Source: Patescibacteria group bacterium
Lineage (GTDB): Bacteria > Patescibacteriota > Patescibacteriia > SG8-24
NCBI GenBank assembly: GCA_041667185.1
Contig: JBAYFM010000005.1
Span: 9,285-73,284 of the forward strand
Reading direction: 5' to 3'
DNA: 64,000 nucleotides
Under the pieces are notes generated by a model. That model saw only the letters and a program-made list of their open reading frames with translations. It searched no databases and was not told where the DNA came from. Positions within the stretch are counted from its first letter, which is position 1. Each line of letters starts with the position of its first letter. Shown here one piece after another: positions 39,536 to 49,183 of the stretch. A program made the translations under genes and the position numbers.

Positions 39536-40868
39536 TCACTGGCCGAACGGTTTGCGGAATTCGAACCATTGTTTGTCGAGCGCGTCGGTGAGATAAAGCG
39601 AGCCGTTCAAACTGATGTAGACGCCGTCGCGGCCCGGCGTCAGGAAGATATCCGACCGCGCCCAGTGCGTCAGCGGCCCGAACTCGAGGAACTTGTACCA
39701 GTCGCGGCCGTTCAGCGAAACGATGATCCCGAACTTGCCGGCGAAAGACGCGACCTCGTTGGCTTCGGTGTGGAACGCGGCGTAATAGACGCCGTTCCAG
39801 GTCAACAGGCTGTAAGTGTAGCCGGCATAACCGTACGTGACTGGACTCCAGACCTCCCGCAGCTTGTCGGCAGCCACGTCATACATCGCGATCCCGTGAG
39901 CCTGCAAGCGATCAGGTCCGAACAGGATCCCGGCATTATCTTTCATGATGGTCGCCGCCGTGAAGCCCTCGTCCCAGATCTGGCGCCAGGTCTTGCCGGC
40001 GTCTTTCGAGACGAGCGTGTAGCGGGCCACGTCGCCCGTGCCGACGTAGAGATCGCCGTCATGCCAAAACACAGCGTGCAGGTGGCGCAGCCGGAACCGG
40101 TCGTCGCCCGCGGCGTAAGTGACCGCGTCCTTGGGATAGAGCTGCTGAAAATCGATCCAGGGCGACCAAGTCAGGCCGTCGTCGGTGCTGCGGTACAGGA
40201 CCGCCTGATTGTAGGCGTGCTGCGTTCCGTAGATCGTACCGTTCCGGTCGTCGGCGATCGTCCAGAAAGTGCCGCCGATCTCTTTCGAGACCAGATCCCA
40301 ATTCTCGCCGACGTCGGCCGAGCGGTAGAGATCGCCCGGCAGGTCGAAATGCGCGTAGAGATTGCCGCGACTGTCGCCATCGAGGAAGATGTCGCCGGGG
40401 CGCTGATTCTCGTTCAGGACGCGCCGGACCGTCCCGTCATCGACGGACATCTTATAGATGGAACGCCAACCGTCGAATTCGACGACGGCCATGAGCAGCG
40501 AGCGGCTCGGGGCGTGAAAATAAATGCGGCCCACGTCGCCGATCGCTGGCGCGACGGTAATCGGCCGGAGGCCCTGGGAATTGATCTGCCCGATCGTGGC
40601 GCGCGGCAAGGGCGGCGGTTCCGGCGTCGGCGGCACGGCCTCCTCGATCGTGATCGGCGGCGTTTCGGGAGCGGCGGTTTCGGCCGCCGGTGCAGTGGCG
40701 GGTTCGGCAGCAGGCGGCGGTCCGGCGACCTCTTTCTGGGGTGCGGCCGGAGCGATGACCGTCGGCCGCGACGAAAAAACGAACAACCCGGCGGCTGCGG
40801 CAAACAAGACCGCGACCAGGAGCGCAAGCAGGACGTCAATTGGTTTGAGCTTGAACATAAAAGATCCT
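39536..40868 (-). CDS. membrane-anchored BNR/Asp-box repeat protein
   Basis: Start at MFKLKPIDVLLALLVAVLF (TM). Asp-box-like SADVGENW, STDDGLTW and SKDAGKTW. Upstream extension of the listed ORF is a translation of repeat D. Confidence 0.55.
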
Positions 40869-40887
40869 GGTTTCAGCTTAACATAAT

Positions 40888-40962
40888 TTGGGAGAGTGCT
40901 GGAGTGCGGGAGAGACGGAGTCACGTCGTTCGCGAACGACGTGACGGAGTCATGGAATTCTG
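40888..40962. repeat. dispersed composite inverted-repeat element, copy D
   Basis: GGAGAGTGCTGGAGTGCGGGAGAGACGGAGTC plus perfect 26-nt palindrome GTCACGTCGTTCGCGAACGACGTGAC. Confidence 0.6.
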
Positions 40963-40965
40963 CGG

Positions 40966-40997
40966 AATTGAAAAAGCTCGCTCCGGACGGAGCGAGC
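40966..40997 (-). terminator. rho-independent terminator
   Basis: Minus-strand GCTCGCTCC-gtcc-GGAGCGAGC followed by TTTTTC. Confidence 0.45.
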
Positions 40998-41007
40998 TCA
41001 AGGTAGG

Positions 41008-42546
41008 TCAGACGCATTCACGGAACGCGTCTTCTTCGGGCAGATATTCCATCAGATCTATAGAGAACTCTTCACCACGATGTTTGACGAGTCCGTAGGT
41101 CAGCCGCTGGATGGACTCGACGCTGAGCCTCACCGCGAAGATCCGGATGAATCCGGAGATCAGGGCGAAGACCAGCATGATGGCGATCGGCGTCTTCAGA
41201 TCGGCCAAACCGTACTCCCAGATGCGCCAGCCCTCTTTCGGAAAGCTAGTGAACAGGAAAACGGTCATGGCTCCGACGAGCGCCGCCCAACCGGACATCT
41301 TGGTGATCTGTCGGGCGAGCCGCAATTCGCCGGTCTGGACGAAATGCAGGAGCACACGCACCGGCAATTCGAAACAGCGCAACCGCCGCCACTTGAGTTC
41401 GATCAGCGGCTCGACCAATCGGTACATGAGCGTCCAGGAGCCAGTGTTCACGTAAGTGCCGTCCGGATCGGAGGTGCGGCGCCACTCATGAGTATGACCC
41501 ATGATGATGGCTTTCGCTCCCCGCTCCTGACGCAGACGTTTCGCGTACTCGTCGATGCGACAAGCCGTGAAGGTCTCCAGCACGATGCGCAAAGTATTGC
41601 GGATGCTGGACTTGCGCCGGATGTCCCAAAAGGCGAACAATGCGTTGAACACGAAGCTCCACATGAGCACCGCGCCCGCGTAGAACGTCCAACCCCAGCG
41701 ATGCAGAGCCGCGTTCTTCCACAAGCCGCGATAGTTCAGGAGCCGACCGATCAGCGGATTCTTCTGCTTCAGGCTGATCATGGGACCGCACGCCAGATAA
41801 GAACCGTAAGGCTGGTTCAGGATCGGACGCTCGATCGGCACGCCGAAACGCTTCGTCAGGATCACCGCTTCCGGATCGACCCGATTCTGAGCCTCGGCGT
41901 TCATGCCGTGGTAATAAAGCACGCCGCGATGCAGATCCATGAACTCTGAACTGTGATCGATGAAGCGGATGCGGCTCGCGGCTTCGGCGTCGGTTCCGGC
42001 GATGCGCGCCCGGACCAGTTCCTGGACCTTTTTCCAGACCAGGATCAGGTCGTGGTTGCCGGCGAAAATGTCCAGGCGACAATTGGGCCGGCGCACGAAC
42101 CGGAACAGCGCGTCGAAGAAATCCGCGTGACCATCGATGATCTTGCTCATCTGCAGGACGCCGGTCTCTTCGTACGGCGGAACGGAGAAATGTCCGTTGA
42201 TCGAGACCGCGAGCGGATCGAACATGTCGCCCAGAAGCCGCAAGCGCAGCAGCGGGGCGGAACCATGAAGCGAGACCGCCTTGTCCAGGAACCGCACGAA
42301 CACGCGATCATCCGGGAAATCCTCGAGCGGATTCAGCGGACTGATCTTGGTCGGGACGTCGTACTCGAACAGACTTGCGCACCAGCGCCAGACCCGGCGC
42401 AGGAGCGACGGTCGGGAGCGCACGCGCGCCGCCAGACCCTCGGACATGTGCAGGTCGCTGACCACATAAATCACCTCATCGACTGCGGCCTTTCCGGTGT
42501 CACCGGAAGGCTGGTTGTTGGCAACCACTACTTCCGATGTCTCCAT
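41008..42546 (-). CDS. calcineurin-like metallophosphoesterase with C-terminal membrane region
   Basis: VVSDLHM, GDMFD, GNHD and MGHTHE metallophosphatase motifs. Three hydrophobic helices near the C-terminus. Confidence 0.7.
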   Translation of the reverse strand: METSEVVVANNQPSGDTGKAAVDEVIYVVSDLHMSEGLAARVRSRPSLLRRVWRWCASLFEYDVPTKISPLNPLEDFPDDRVFVRFLDKAVSLHGSAPLLRLRLLGDMFDPLAVSINGHFSVPPYEETGVLQMSKIIDGHADFFDALFRFVRRPNCRLDIFAGNHDLILVWKKVQELVRARIAGTDAEAASRIRFIDHSSEFMDLHRGVLYYHGMNAEAQNRVDPEAVILTKRFGVPIERPILNQPYGSYLACGPMISLKQKNPLIGRLLNYRGLWKNAALHRWGWTFYAGAVLMWSFVFNALFAFWDIRRKSSIRNTLRIVLETFTACRIDEYAKRLRQERGAKAIIMGHTHEWRRTSDPDGTYVNTGSWTLMYRLVEPLIELKWRRLRCFELPVRVLLHFVQTGELRLARQITKMSGWAALVGAMTVFLFTSFPKEGWRIWEYGLADLKTPIAIMLVFALISGFIRIFAVRLSVESIQRLTYGLVKHRGEEFSIDLMEYLPEEDAFRECV

Positions 42547-42653
42547 GAAAGCCTCCTTGTTTTTGGATTTTTAAGGAACTTTTAGGCGGAAAAGGGCCGA
42601 TTTACCCCTTACCGCAACATACTATTTAAGCACAAAATAGGCCGTTTGTCAAT

Positions 42654-43036
42654 GAGGGGAGTGCGGGAGAGACGGAGTTGGGAAGAGACGGAGTCAGGGA
42701 GTGCTGGAGTGCGGGAGAAATGGAGTTATCAAAACTCCCCCACTCCTCCACTCCCGCACTCTCCCATTCATTGGATCAGAGAGATGCGGAGAGACGGAGA
42801 TACGGAGTGCTGGAGTACTGAAGTGCTGGAGAGACGGAGTCACGTCGCTCGCGAACGACGTGGCGGAGTGCTGGAGTACTGGAGTTCTGGAGAGACGGAG
42901 TATCAAAACTCCCCCACTCCTCCACTCCCGCACTCTCCCGTTCAGTGGATCAGAGAGATGCGGAGATACGGAGTACTGGAGTACTGAGATGCTGGAGAGA
43001 CGGAGTCACGTCGCTCGCGAACGACGTGACGGGGTT
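42654..43036. repeat. dispersed composite inverted-repeat element, copy E (two tandem ~175-bp units)
   Basis: Each unit has module-1 arms around an ATCAAAACTCCCCCACTCC core, module 2, and palindrome GTCACGTCGCTCGCGAACGACGTG(A/G)C. Confidence 0.7.
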
Positions 43037-43053
43037 GCCAGGAACCGGGGAAC

Positions 43054-44193
43054 TCAACGGCTCAGTTTCGCGTACAGTTCCGCCGTGGCGGCGGCGATCC
43101 GGTCCCAGTCGTATTCCCTGGCCGCCCAGGCGCGCGAGCGCGCGCCGCGTTCGGCCACGACCTCGGGATGATTGAAAAGCGCTTCCAGCTTCTCGCGCAG
43201 ATCGGCGACGTCGGCTTTGACGAAAGTGATGCCGGTGTCGCCGACGGGTTCGAGATTCTCTGGAATGTCGGAGACCAGCACGCAGCGCCCGGCCGACATG
43301 GCTTCGATGATCGAGACCGACAGCCCCTCGGCTTCCGACGGGTGGACGTAAAGGTAGGCGTTCGCGAACAGCTGCCGCAGCGCGTCGCCGCTCTGGAAAC
43401 CGGTGAACACGATGGCAGAATTCCCGGCGCTGAGGTTGCGGATGTAGTCGGCGTACTCGCCGCCGAAACCCGGCGCGCCGGCGATGACCAGTTTCTTGCC
43501 GGTCGCGAGATCGCCGAAAGCCTCGATCAGATGATGGATGCCCTTCTGCCGGACCAGCCGGGCGACGGTCAGGATATAACCATCGGGTTCCAGGCCCCAG
43601 GTCTTCAGACGGTCGGAACCGGGATATCCTTCGAAACGCGAACCGTTGGGGATGTAGACCGTTTCCGCGCGGAACTGCTCGCGGCAATAGCGCTGGATGG
43701 TCTTCGAGACCGCGATGGTGGCGTGCGCGAACCGGACCGCGCACCATTCGCCGAAATACAGGTACGCCTGAGCCAGGCTCCCCCACTTCGGATGCAGCCG
43801 GTCGATGCTGTGAAACGTGATCACGACCCGGGCTCGCGGCTTGAACAATTTCGGTATCCAGGCCAGGGTCGCCGGACCGACGCCATGATAATGGACGATG
43901 TCGGCCGGCCGGAACAAGACCGCGATCGAGGCAAGAAAAGTGTGGGTCAGCGTATCCAGGCTTTTGGTGGGGATGGACGGCAGGCGCAGCAGCCGAATGC
44001 CGTTCCAGGACGCTTCCTTGGTGCCAACGAACCGCGGCCGGACATAAGCGCTCACGTCATGGCCCATGGCGGCCAGGCGGACGCCCAACTCTTCCACGTG
44101 GCGCTCGATGCCGCCGGAATCAGCCCGAACCGGCAGCCCTTTAAGGCCGATCATGACGATCCTGAGTTTTTTCCCGTTAAAAGCTTGATCCAT
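43054..44193 (-). CDS. family 4 (GT-B) glycosyltransferase
   Basis: EGLSVSIIEAMSAGRCVLVSD EX7E-type motif. GT4 architecture. Confidence 0.8.
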   Translation of the reverse strand: MDQAFNGKKLRIVMIGLKGLPVRADSGGIERHVEELGVRLAAMGHDVSAYVRPRFVGTKEASWNGIRLLRLPSIPTKSLDTLTHTFLASIAVLFRPADIVHYHGVGPATLAWIPKLFKPRARVVITFHSIDRLHPKWGSLAQAYLYFGEWCAVRFAHATIAVSKTIQRYCREQFRAETVYIPNGSRFEGYPGSDRLKTWGLEPDGYILTVARLVRQKGIHHLIEAFGDLATGKKLVIAGAPGFGGEYADYIRNLSAGNSAIVFTGFQSGDALRQLFANAYLYVHPSEAEGLSVSIIEAMSAGRCVLVSDIPENLEPVGDTGITFVKADVADLREKLEALFNHPEVVAERGARSRAWAAREYDWDRIAAATAELYAKLSR

Positions 44194-44350
44194 AGGCTGC
44201 GGCAGTCGTTCTGCTCCTCCTTAAGTTTATCACGGCCTGGCCCAATCAAGAACCCGCTTGCCTCCAGACGCAAAAGATGAAAAGATGGCGCTGCGCACGC
44301 ATCTCATGAATATTTTGACCGCGTACCGGTCGAATCCATAGGAGACGATC

Positions 44351-45478
44351 ATGAACGCACGCTCAGTTCTTTTCATGCCACTGATCTTTGGTATCGCTGT
44401 GGCGGCAACCGCCACCGAGGCGCCGAGCGCGACGGAATCAATGCCGTCGACCGCCGCCCTGATCGAAAAGATGGCCGCGGCCAGGGCTCTGGTCGCCGTG
44501 CACAACGTCCGCATCAGCCATGACGGGACCAATGCCGTCATCGCCGTCTGGAGCGGCGCGTCCGAAGACCCAATCAGGGTCGTCGAACTCCGCTCTTGCC
44601 GGACCAGCGCGTCCGATCTCGCCGTCGAATGCCGACGCTACACCAGATCGAGCGTCGAGTACGTCGTCACCGCGCCCGCGAACACGCTAGTGCTCGCCGC
44701 CAAGACGCGCACCTGCATCGATCATCGCTGCCGCCGGACCCAGACCGCGACCCAGACGCCCTACGCCGCGATGATCCATACGCCCGGGATGGTCGCGGTC
44801 GGCCGGAGATATCTGGACAGCCTCGTCCTCAGCGCCAAGGCCGAACTCGACAAGCTGGAAACGCCTTCGCTGGCCGTGCCCGGCTCCCGCGTCACGGACC
44901 TGGCGCTTGAGCGTATCCTGGCCGCGATCCCGATCGTCGAGCACGGACGTTCCGACCAGGTCGAGGAACTCGGCATCAGGCACGTGGTCGAGGAATTTCT
45001 GGTGTTCCTGGCCGCGAACGGCGAAAACGCTTTCGCCGGCACGATCTCGCGAGCCAACGCCCGCGGCATCGCCCAATTCATCAGCAGCAGCTACCAGCTC
45101 ACCCGGACGCGCTACAAGAACGCCCAGCTGATCGCCGACTTCCGCTCCGGAACGGATGATCACCTGAACGCGGTCAAGGCGCAATTCTGCCTGGCGGACT
45201 GGACGCTCACGGAGCTTTCGTCAGAAAGTCTCGCCAAGCTGCGGATCCCGCTCTTCGAGGAAGATCTCGGCGCCTACATCGCCGCGGCCTACAACGGCGG
45301 TGAACATCGGGCCGCGCGGGCCCACCGCCGCTACCCGGAGTCCTGGGAAAAATCGGGTCGCGGGCTGTTCCGCGAAACGATCGGCTACGTCAACTTTTTC
45401 CGCCTGGTCTATCGCCAGCTCTGGATCGATCCGGACATCAAGATGGCGGCGACCCAAGACCGCACTTTCGACCCCTGA
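44351..45478 (+). CDS. secreted hypothetical protein (possible lytic-transglycosylase-like C-terminal region, weak)
   Basis: SD AGGAG. Signal peptide. AAAYNGG resembles the SLT AYNAG block. Confidence 0.45.
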   Translation: MNARSVLFMPLIFGIAVAATATEAPSATESMPSTAALIEKMAAARALVAVHNVRISHDGTNAVIAVWSGASEDPIRVVELRSCRTSASDLAVECRRYTRSSVEYVVTAPANTLVLAAKTRTCIDHRCRRTQTATQTPYAAMIHTPGMVAVGRRYLDSLVLSAKAELDKLETPSLAVPGSRVTDLALERILAAIPIVEHGRSDQVEELGIRHVVEEFLVFLAANGENAFAGTISRANARGIAQFISSSYQLTRTRYKNAQLIADFRSGTDDHLNAVKAQFCLADWTLTELSSESLAKLRIPLFEEDLGAYIAAAYNGGEHRAARAHRRYPESWEKSGRGLFRETIGYVNFFRLVYRQLWIDPDIKMAATQDRTFDP

Positions 45479-45630
45479 CGCAACGACATCTCAAGACCTC
45501 GGTCCATGCGGCCGGGGTTTTTCTTGCGGCCAATGATACGAACGGACGGCTAGGGCCGTTATTTTTAAACTCAAGGCGCGCTGCCGACGTCCGAAGGGAC
45601 GTCACGATGACCATTTCCAAACGGATATCA

Positions 45631-45674
45631 CCCAAAAATAAATGGGCCGCATGAGATTAGATCTCACACGGCCC
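45631..45674 (-). terminator. rho-independent terminator
   Basis: Minus-strand GGGCCGTGTGAGATCTAATCTCATGCGGCCC followed by ATTTATTTTTGGG. Confidence 0.5.
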
Positions 45675-45688
45675 GAGGGTCCAGGCGA

Positions 45689-46309
45689 TTAAACGCCGGA
45701 CTTGCGAACGACGAGAAACCGACCGAAACTGTCATCAAAACATTTCCAACGTTGCTCGGAACTGAGTTTCAGCTGGCGACAGCAGTGGTTCGACCACAGA
45801 TACGGGACATGACAATGACCGCACGGATCCACCCACGAGGAGCCGAGGGCGAAGATGTGACCTTCACCATTCCATTTTATCCTGGCATAAGCGAGCAACT
45901 CGACAAGGGTCGCACTGCGATAACCATTCTGGTCGATGATGCGACGCAGATCGGCGGTGGACGTATATCGAAGGTCATCGTGGTCGCGAATGTTCAAGAC
46001 TACGATGTCCGATATGTCCGCAACCGGATCGGAGAGCGAAAAATTACGCTCATTGATGTCGGGGTCGACGATGTAACGAAAAGCCAAGTCGGCGGCCACC
46101 TGGGCAAAGGTGACTGTCTCTTTTACCTCGGCGGCGCCGATAACGAGCTTGGCCATCTTCCGGATGGTCGATCGGCCAGCACCCTTGTTGAGGGCGAACA
46201 GATGTTCGTCACTGCCGCCCAGATCAATGATGTCGGTGCGAAGCTTCAGGATGAGATCACCGATGAAACCCGCTCCCGCCACGATCGTCGAATCGTTCTT
46301 CTTTCCCAT
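45689..46309 (-). CDS. hypothetical protein with Cys/His-rich C-terminus
   Basis: SD GGAGTAGGAG. ...WVDPCGHCHVPYLWSNHCC... No recognisable family. Confidence 0.5.
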   Translation of the reverse strand: MGKKNDSTIVAGAGFIGDLILKLRTDIIDLGGSDEHLFALNKGAGRSTIRKMAKLVIGAAEVKETVTFAQVAADLAFRYIVDPDINERNFSLSDPVADISDIVVLNIRDHDDLRYTSTADLRRIIDQNGYRSATLVELLAYARIKWNGEGHIFALGSSWVDPCGHCHVPYLWSNHCCRQLKLSSEQRWKCFDDSFGRFLVVRKSGV

Positions 46310-46410
46310 GCTCCTACTCCTTTTCCGTGGGCTCGTCCCTCATCCCGCGTCATGCGGAACACCAGACTCGCCTTGAAAGGTACTACTTAAGGGCTAGGTT
46401 GGCACCAGTA

Positions 46411-46675
46411 GGCGGCTTTGTCAAAAGAAATAGCCCCATCCCTGCGGGATGAGGCTCTTTCTTATGGTGGGTCGGCTGCCGGGGATTCCTCCTCCCCCAC
46501 CGCTCGCTACTTGGGGCCCCTGCCCCAAGTGCTCACGGCTCCTCCGGAGCCCGCCGCTCCGCAACGCACCATACTAGGTGCGTTGGCGGAGTCGGCTTCG
46601 AATCCCAGACGACCCTGCGCAAAAGAAATAGCCCCATCCCTGCGGGATGAGGCTCTTTCTTATGGTGGGTCGGCT
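46411..46675. repeat. att-like 57/58-bp direct repeats (tRNA-Lys 3' end plus terminator) flanking a 150-bp structured segment
   Basis: 46411-46467 and 46618-46675 are near-identical (CAAAAGAAATAGCCCCATCCCTGCGGGATGAGGCTCTTTCTTATGGTGGGTCGGCTG). The intervening DNA has four or more GC hairpins. Confidence 0.6.
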
Positions 46676-46738
46676 GGGATTCGAACCCAGGACCATCAGC
46701 TTAAAAGGCTGTTGCTCTACCAGACTGAGCTACCGACC
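46662..46738 (-). tRNA. tRNA-Lys (anticodon TTT)
   Basis: GGGTCGGTAGCTCAGTCTGGTAGAGC... anticodon loop CTTTTAA. T-loop GGTTCGAATCC. CCA encoded. Confidence 0.9.
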
Positions 46739-46777
46739 CATAACGAACTGGTTGTTGTCGAACTAACCGTCTTTATT

Positions 46778-47037
46778 TGTTGCTCTACGACGCAGTTCAG
46801 TCGCTCTGCGACTGAACATTACAGATGCGCGGCTAAGGCCGCAACTCATCGTCGCAAGCCGTACTATCGGACGAACGGAGTCGCCGCGGCGGCGAAGTTC
46901 TGTTCGGCGGCTTACGACGCAGTTCAGTCGCTCTGCGACTGAACATTACAGATGCGCGGCTAAGGCCGCAACTCATCGTCGCAAGCCAGCATTAAAGTCC
47001 ATCTTCTTTCAGAATCAAGCTGGCTTACCAGACTGAG
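46778..47037 (-). pseudogene. partial 5' copy of tRNA-Lys split at the D-loop TA by a 229-bp insert
   Basis: Minus strand reads GGGTCGGTAGCTCAGTCTGGTA (47016-47037), then an insert (46787-47015), then TAGAGCAAC (46778-46786). TA is duplicated at both junctions. Confidence 0.45.
46787..46983. repeat. two 73-bp direct repeats, each folding into a two-hairpin dumbbell, separated by 51 bp
   Basis: Copies 46787-46859 and 46911-46983 are identical (CGACGCAGTTCAGTCGCTCTGCGACTGAAC...GCGCGGCTAAGGCCGC...CGTCGCAAGCC). Confidence 0.6.
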
Positions 47038-47223
47038 CTACCGACCCATGACGACGCTGTTTTTGATTTTGTCCGTCTCACATCAAACCGCTTGCCACCC
47101 GCAGATCCGCAGGAGTGGAGGGTGGGGCTACCGACCTATAACGAACGAACTTTATCGAAAACGCGGAGGAAGCGTAACAAAATCCCCCGCGTTCATCAAC
47201 TCTCTTCCAAAACGCCTACCGAT

Positions 47224-47448
47224 TTACATCTCGCCGGTCTCGGCCAAAAAGTCGTCGAACCGGGCCTGCAGCGATTCCTTGATCGACATCAGATCCTCAT
47301 CGTCGTCCATCTCCTGGAACTGCATCTTATCCTCAAGAAGTTCCTCGATGATCTGATCCCACTGCTCCCGCTCGAAAGCGCCCTCGGCGGTCGCTTTCTC
47401 TTTGGCCTCCACGAACAGCTCTTCAAGATCGAACGCTAAATTATCCAT
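47224..47448 (-). CDS. small highly acidic hypothetical protein
   Basis: 74 aa, D/E-rich. No motif. Confidence 0.4.
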   Translation of the reverse strand: MDNLAFDLEELFVEAKEKATAEGAFEREQWDQIIEELLEDKMQFQEMDDDEDLMSIKESLQARFDDFLAETGEM

Positions 47449-47563
47449 AAATGCGGATTAAAATATGACGTGCGCAATGATAGCACGAATCGGTTTCCAG
47501 GCAAGCCCCCAAAGTGCTTTCTTAAAATGACCCGCAAAAATATCGCTCAACCAAGCTTAATAA

Positions 47564-47592
47564 TTGACTTTTGAAAAAATTCGTGCTAATCT
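47564..47592 (+). promoter_or_regulatory. candidate sigma70 promoter
   Basis: TTGACT, 17-nt spacer, TAATCT, in an AT-rich segment upstream of the 47617 gene. Confidence 0.45.
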
Positions 47593-47616
47593 AAAATTGT
47601 CATTAATCACAAAACT

Positions 47617-48426
47617 ATGTCCGGAGAACAACCGCGGGAACTCAACCTGGAGGATATCATCAACAAGACCGAACCGACCTCCAGCCAGGACAGCTCCAAA
47701 ACTGAACCGGCCGAAAAAAACCGCGATGCGGCCCAGGACGCTCAGCAGCCGGCTGCTGGCGAAGAATCCCGGCTGGCCAAAACCTCGGTCTTCCAAGCCG
47801 AGACCAAAAAGCTGGCTGATAAATACGAAGGCGTGCGCGACGAAGTGGCCCGCCTGTCGCAGGAACTCAACTCCGGAAAACTCGACCCGAAACAAGCCAA
47901 GTTCAAACAGGACTTCCGGGAAAACCTGAAGCAGGATTATTTCCGCGAGCTGGTCGACAGCGTCGTGACCAGCGACACCAAATTAGGGACGGAAGTCGTC
48001 AAACTGGGCATGGATTATCCCGAGATCGCCAAAGACCATCCGTACCAGGACATGCTCAAGGAGCTCAGCAACAACATCCTGGAGACGACCCAGGCCAAAA
48101 GCCAGTTCGAAGCCCTGATCGCGGGGTCGCAGACTGGCGAGGTCGCGGTCCAGAAGCTTCGCGAGCGGATCACACAGAACATGGATGGTTTCATGAAAGG
48201 CGCCAGGTCCAAACTGGAGAATCAGTTCGGAGCGCGGGGCGAGCGGGCGAAAAAACTGGCGGCCAACCGGGCCAAGATCCAGCCGCCCAAGGTCCTCGAA
48301 TTCAAGACCAAACGGCAGCTGCTGCGCGAGCAGCTCAAAGGTTTCTTCGACGAGGTCCAGGAGCGGCTCGGCAATAAACCCGAGGATCAAGAAAAAGAAA
48401 AGCCGGCGCGAGATAAAGCCGCCTGA
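47617..48426 (+). CDS. hypothetical coiled-coil protein
   Basis: 269 aa, K/E/Q-rich. Predicted long helices. No TM. Confidence 0.55.
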   Translation: MSGEQPRELNLEDIINKTEPTSSQDSSKTEPAEKNRDAAQDAQQPAAGEESRLAKTSVFQAETKKLADKYEGVRDEVARLSQELNSGKLDPKQAKFKQDFRENLKQDYFRELVDSVVTSDTKLGTEVVKLGMDYPEIAKDHPYQDMLKELSNNILETTQAKSQFEALIAGSQTGEVAVQKLRERITQNMDGFMKGARSKLENQFGARGERAKKLAANRAKIQPPKVLEFKTKRQLLREQLKGFFDEVQERLGNKPEDQEKEKPARDKAA

Positions 48427-48518
48427 TACTGAGACAGATAAAAAAATACCTCGCCGCCCGGCGGGGTGTTTTGATTCTGAATATCCCGAGCTGACGCTCG
48501 GGATCGAATTAAAGTGGC

Positions 48519-48548
48519 GAAAAAAATCCGCCAACAAGGTTGGCGGAC
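48519..48548 (-). terminator. rho-independent terminator
   Basis: Minus-strand TCCGCCAACC-ttg-TTGGCGGA followed by a T7 tract. Confidence 0.4.
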
Positions 48549-48578
48549 GGCGGAAAGGACCTGGCGGCGCACGGCGGC

Positions 48579-49022
48579 CTAGACGGTCTGGTCGCGATGA
48601 CGGATGAGATGCTCCAAGCGATAAAGCCTGGCGAACAGGGCGGCGAAATACCGCGCCATTTCCCGCAGCTCAGGATCACTCTCGTCCTGCCAGACCTCGG
48701 CCCAGATGGCGTGGAGACCGGCGGTCTCGGGATCGTTCTCCATCAGGCGCAGCTCCTCGTCCGCGAACTCGCGGCGCGGCGTGTCATGGACGATGGCGGC
48801 GGCGGCTTGCGCGCTCGCGAGTTTCGGAGCGTGAAGGGTCCGGCGGAACAGTTCAGACAGGATCCGCTCGCAACACGGACGGAAAGTCGAAGTTTCGGCG
48901 GGCAGCAGCGCCGCGACCGGAGCGTAGACCGGATAACGGCCGATGAACCGCTGAATGTGCCCGGCTGCAGCGCGTGGCAAACGCGTGATGTTCGTCATCG
49001 AAGCTTCCATGGAGGCCTCCAT
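48579..49022 (-). CDS. hypothetical protein
   Basis: 147 aa. Tandem MEAS-MEAS at the N-terminus makes the start ambiguous. Confidence 0.45.
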   Translation of the reverse strand: MEASMEASMTNITRLPRAAAGHIQRFIGRYPVYAPVAALLPAETSTFRPCCERILSELFRRTLHAPKLASAQAAAAIVHDTPRREFADEELRLMENDPETAGLHAIWAEVWQDESDPELREMARYFAALFARLYRLEHLIRHRDQTV

Positions 49023-49183
49023 TTCGGGTGTCTGGATCCGTGCAGCACCCGAACTGATGCCGGGTTCGGCTGTGAAAGAACTGGCTATCTAAGCAGTAAT
49101 TCGGCCAAAAGTCAAGGGTGACGGCCTGAATCCGGCTCCCGGCGTGCCAAAAAAAAAGACGGGCGGCGAGGCCGTCCGTCAGG

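Noticed and set aside
42646-43175. ORFs 42646-42987 (+), 42701-43171 (+) and 42694-42933 (-) encoding repetitive peptides such as SPTPPLPHSPIHWIREMRR
   Set aside because: They are translations of the tandem inverted-repeat element E in several frames and orientations. They are low-complexity, lack an RBS, and the same pseudo-peptides reappear wherever the repeat occurs.
46468-46617. The 150-bp segment between the tRNA-Lys direct repeats as a functional tRNA or tmRNA
   Set aside because: It has tRNA-like acceptor and T-arm imitations but no D or anticodon arms. It is far too short for tmRNA. It is treated as a structured scar or ncRNA candidate only.
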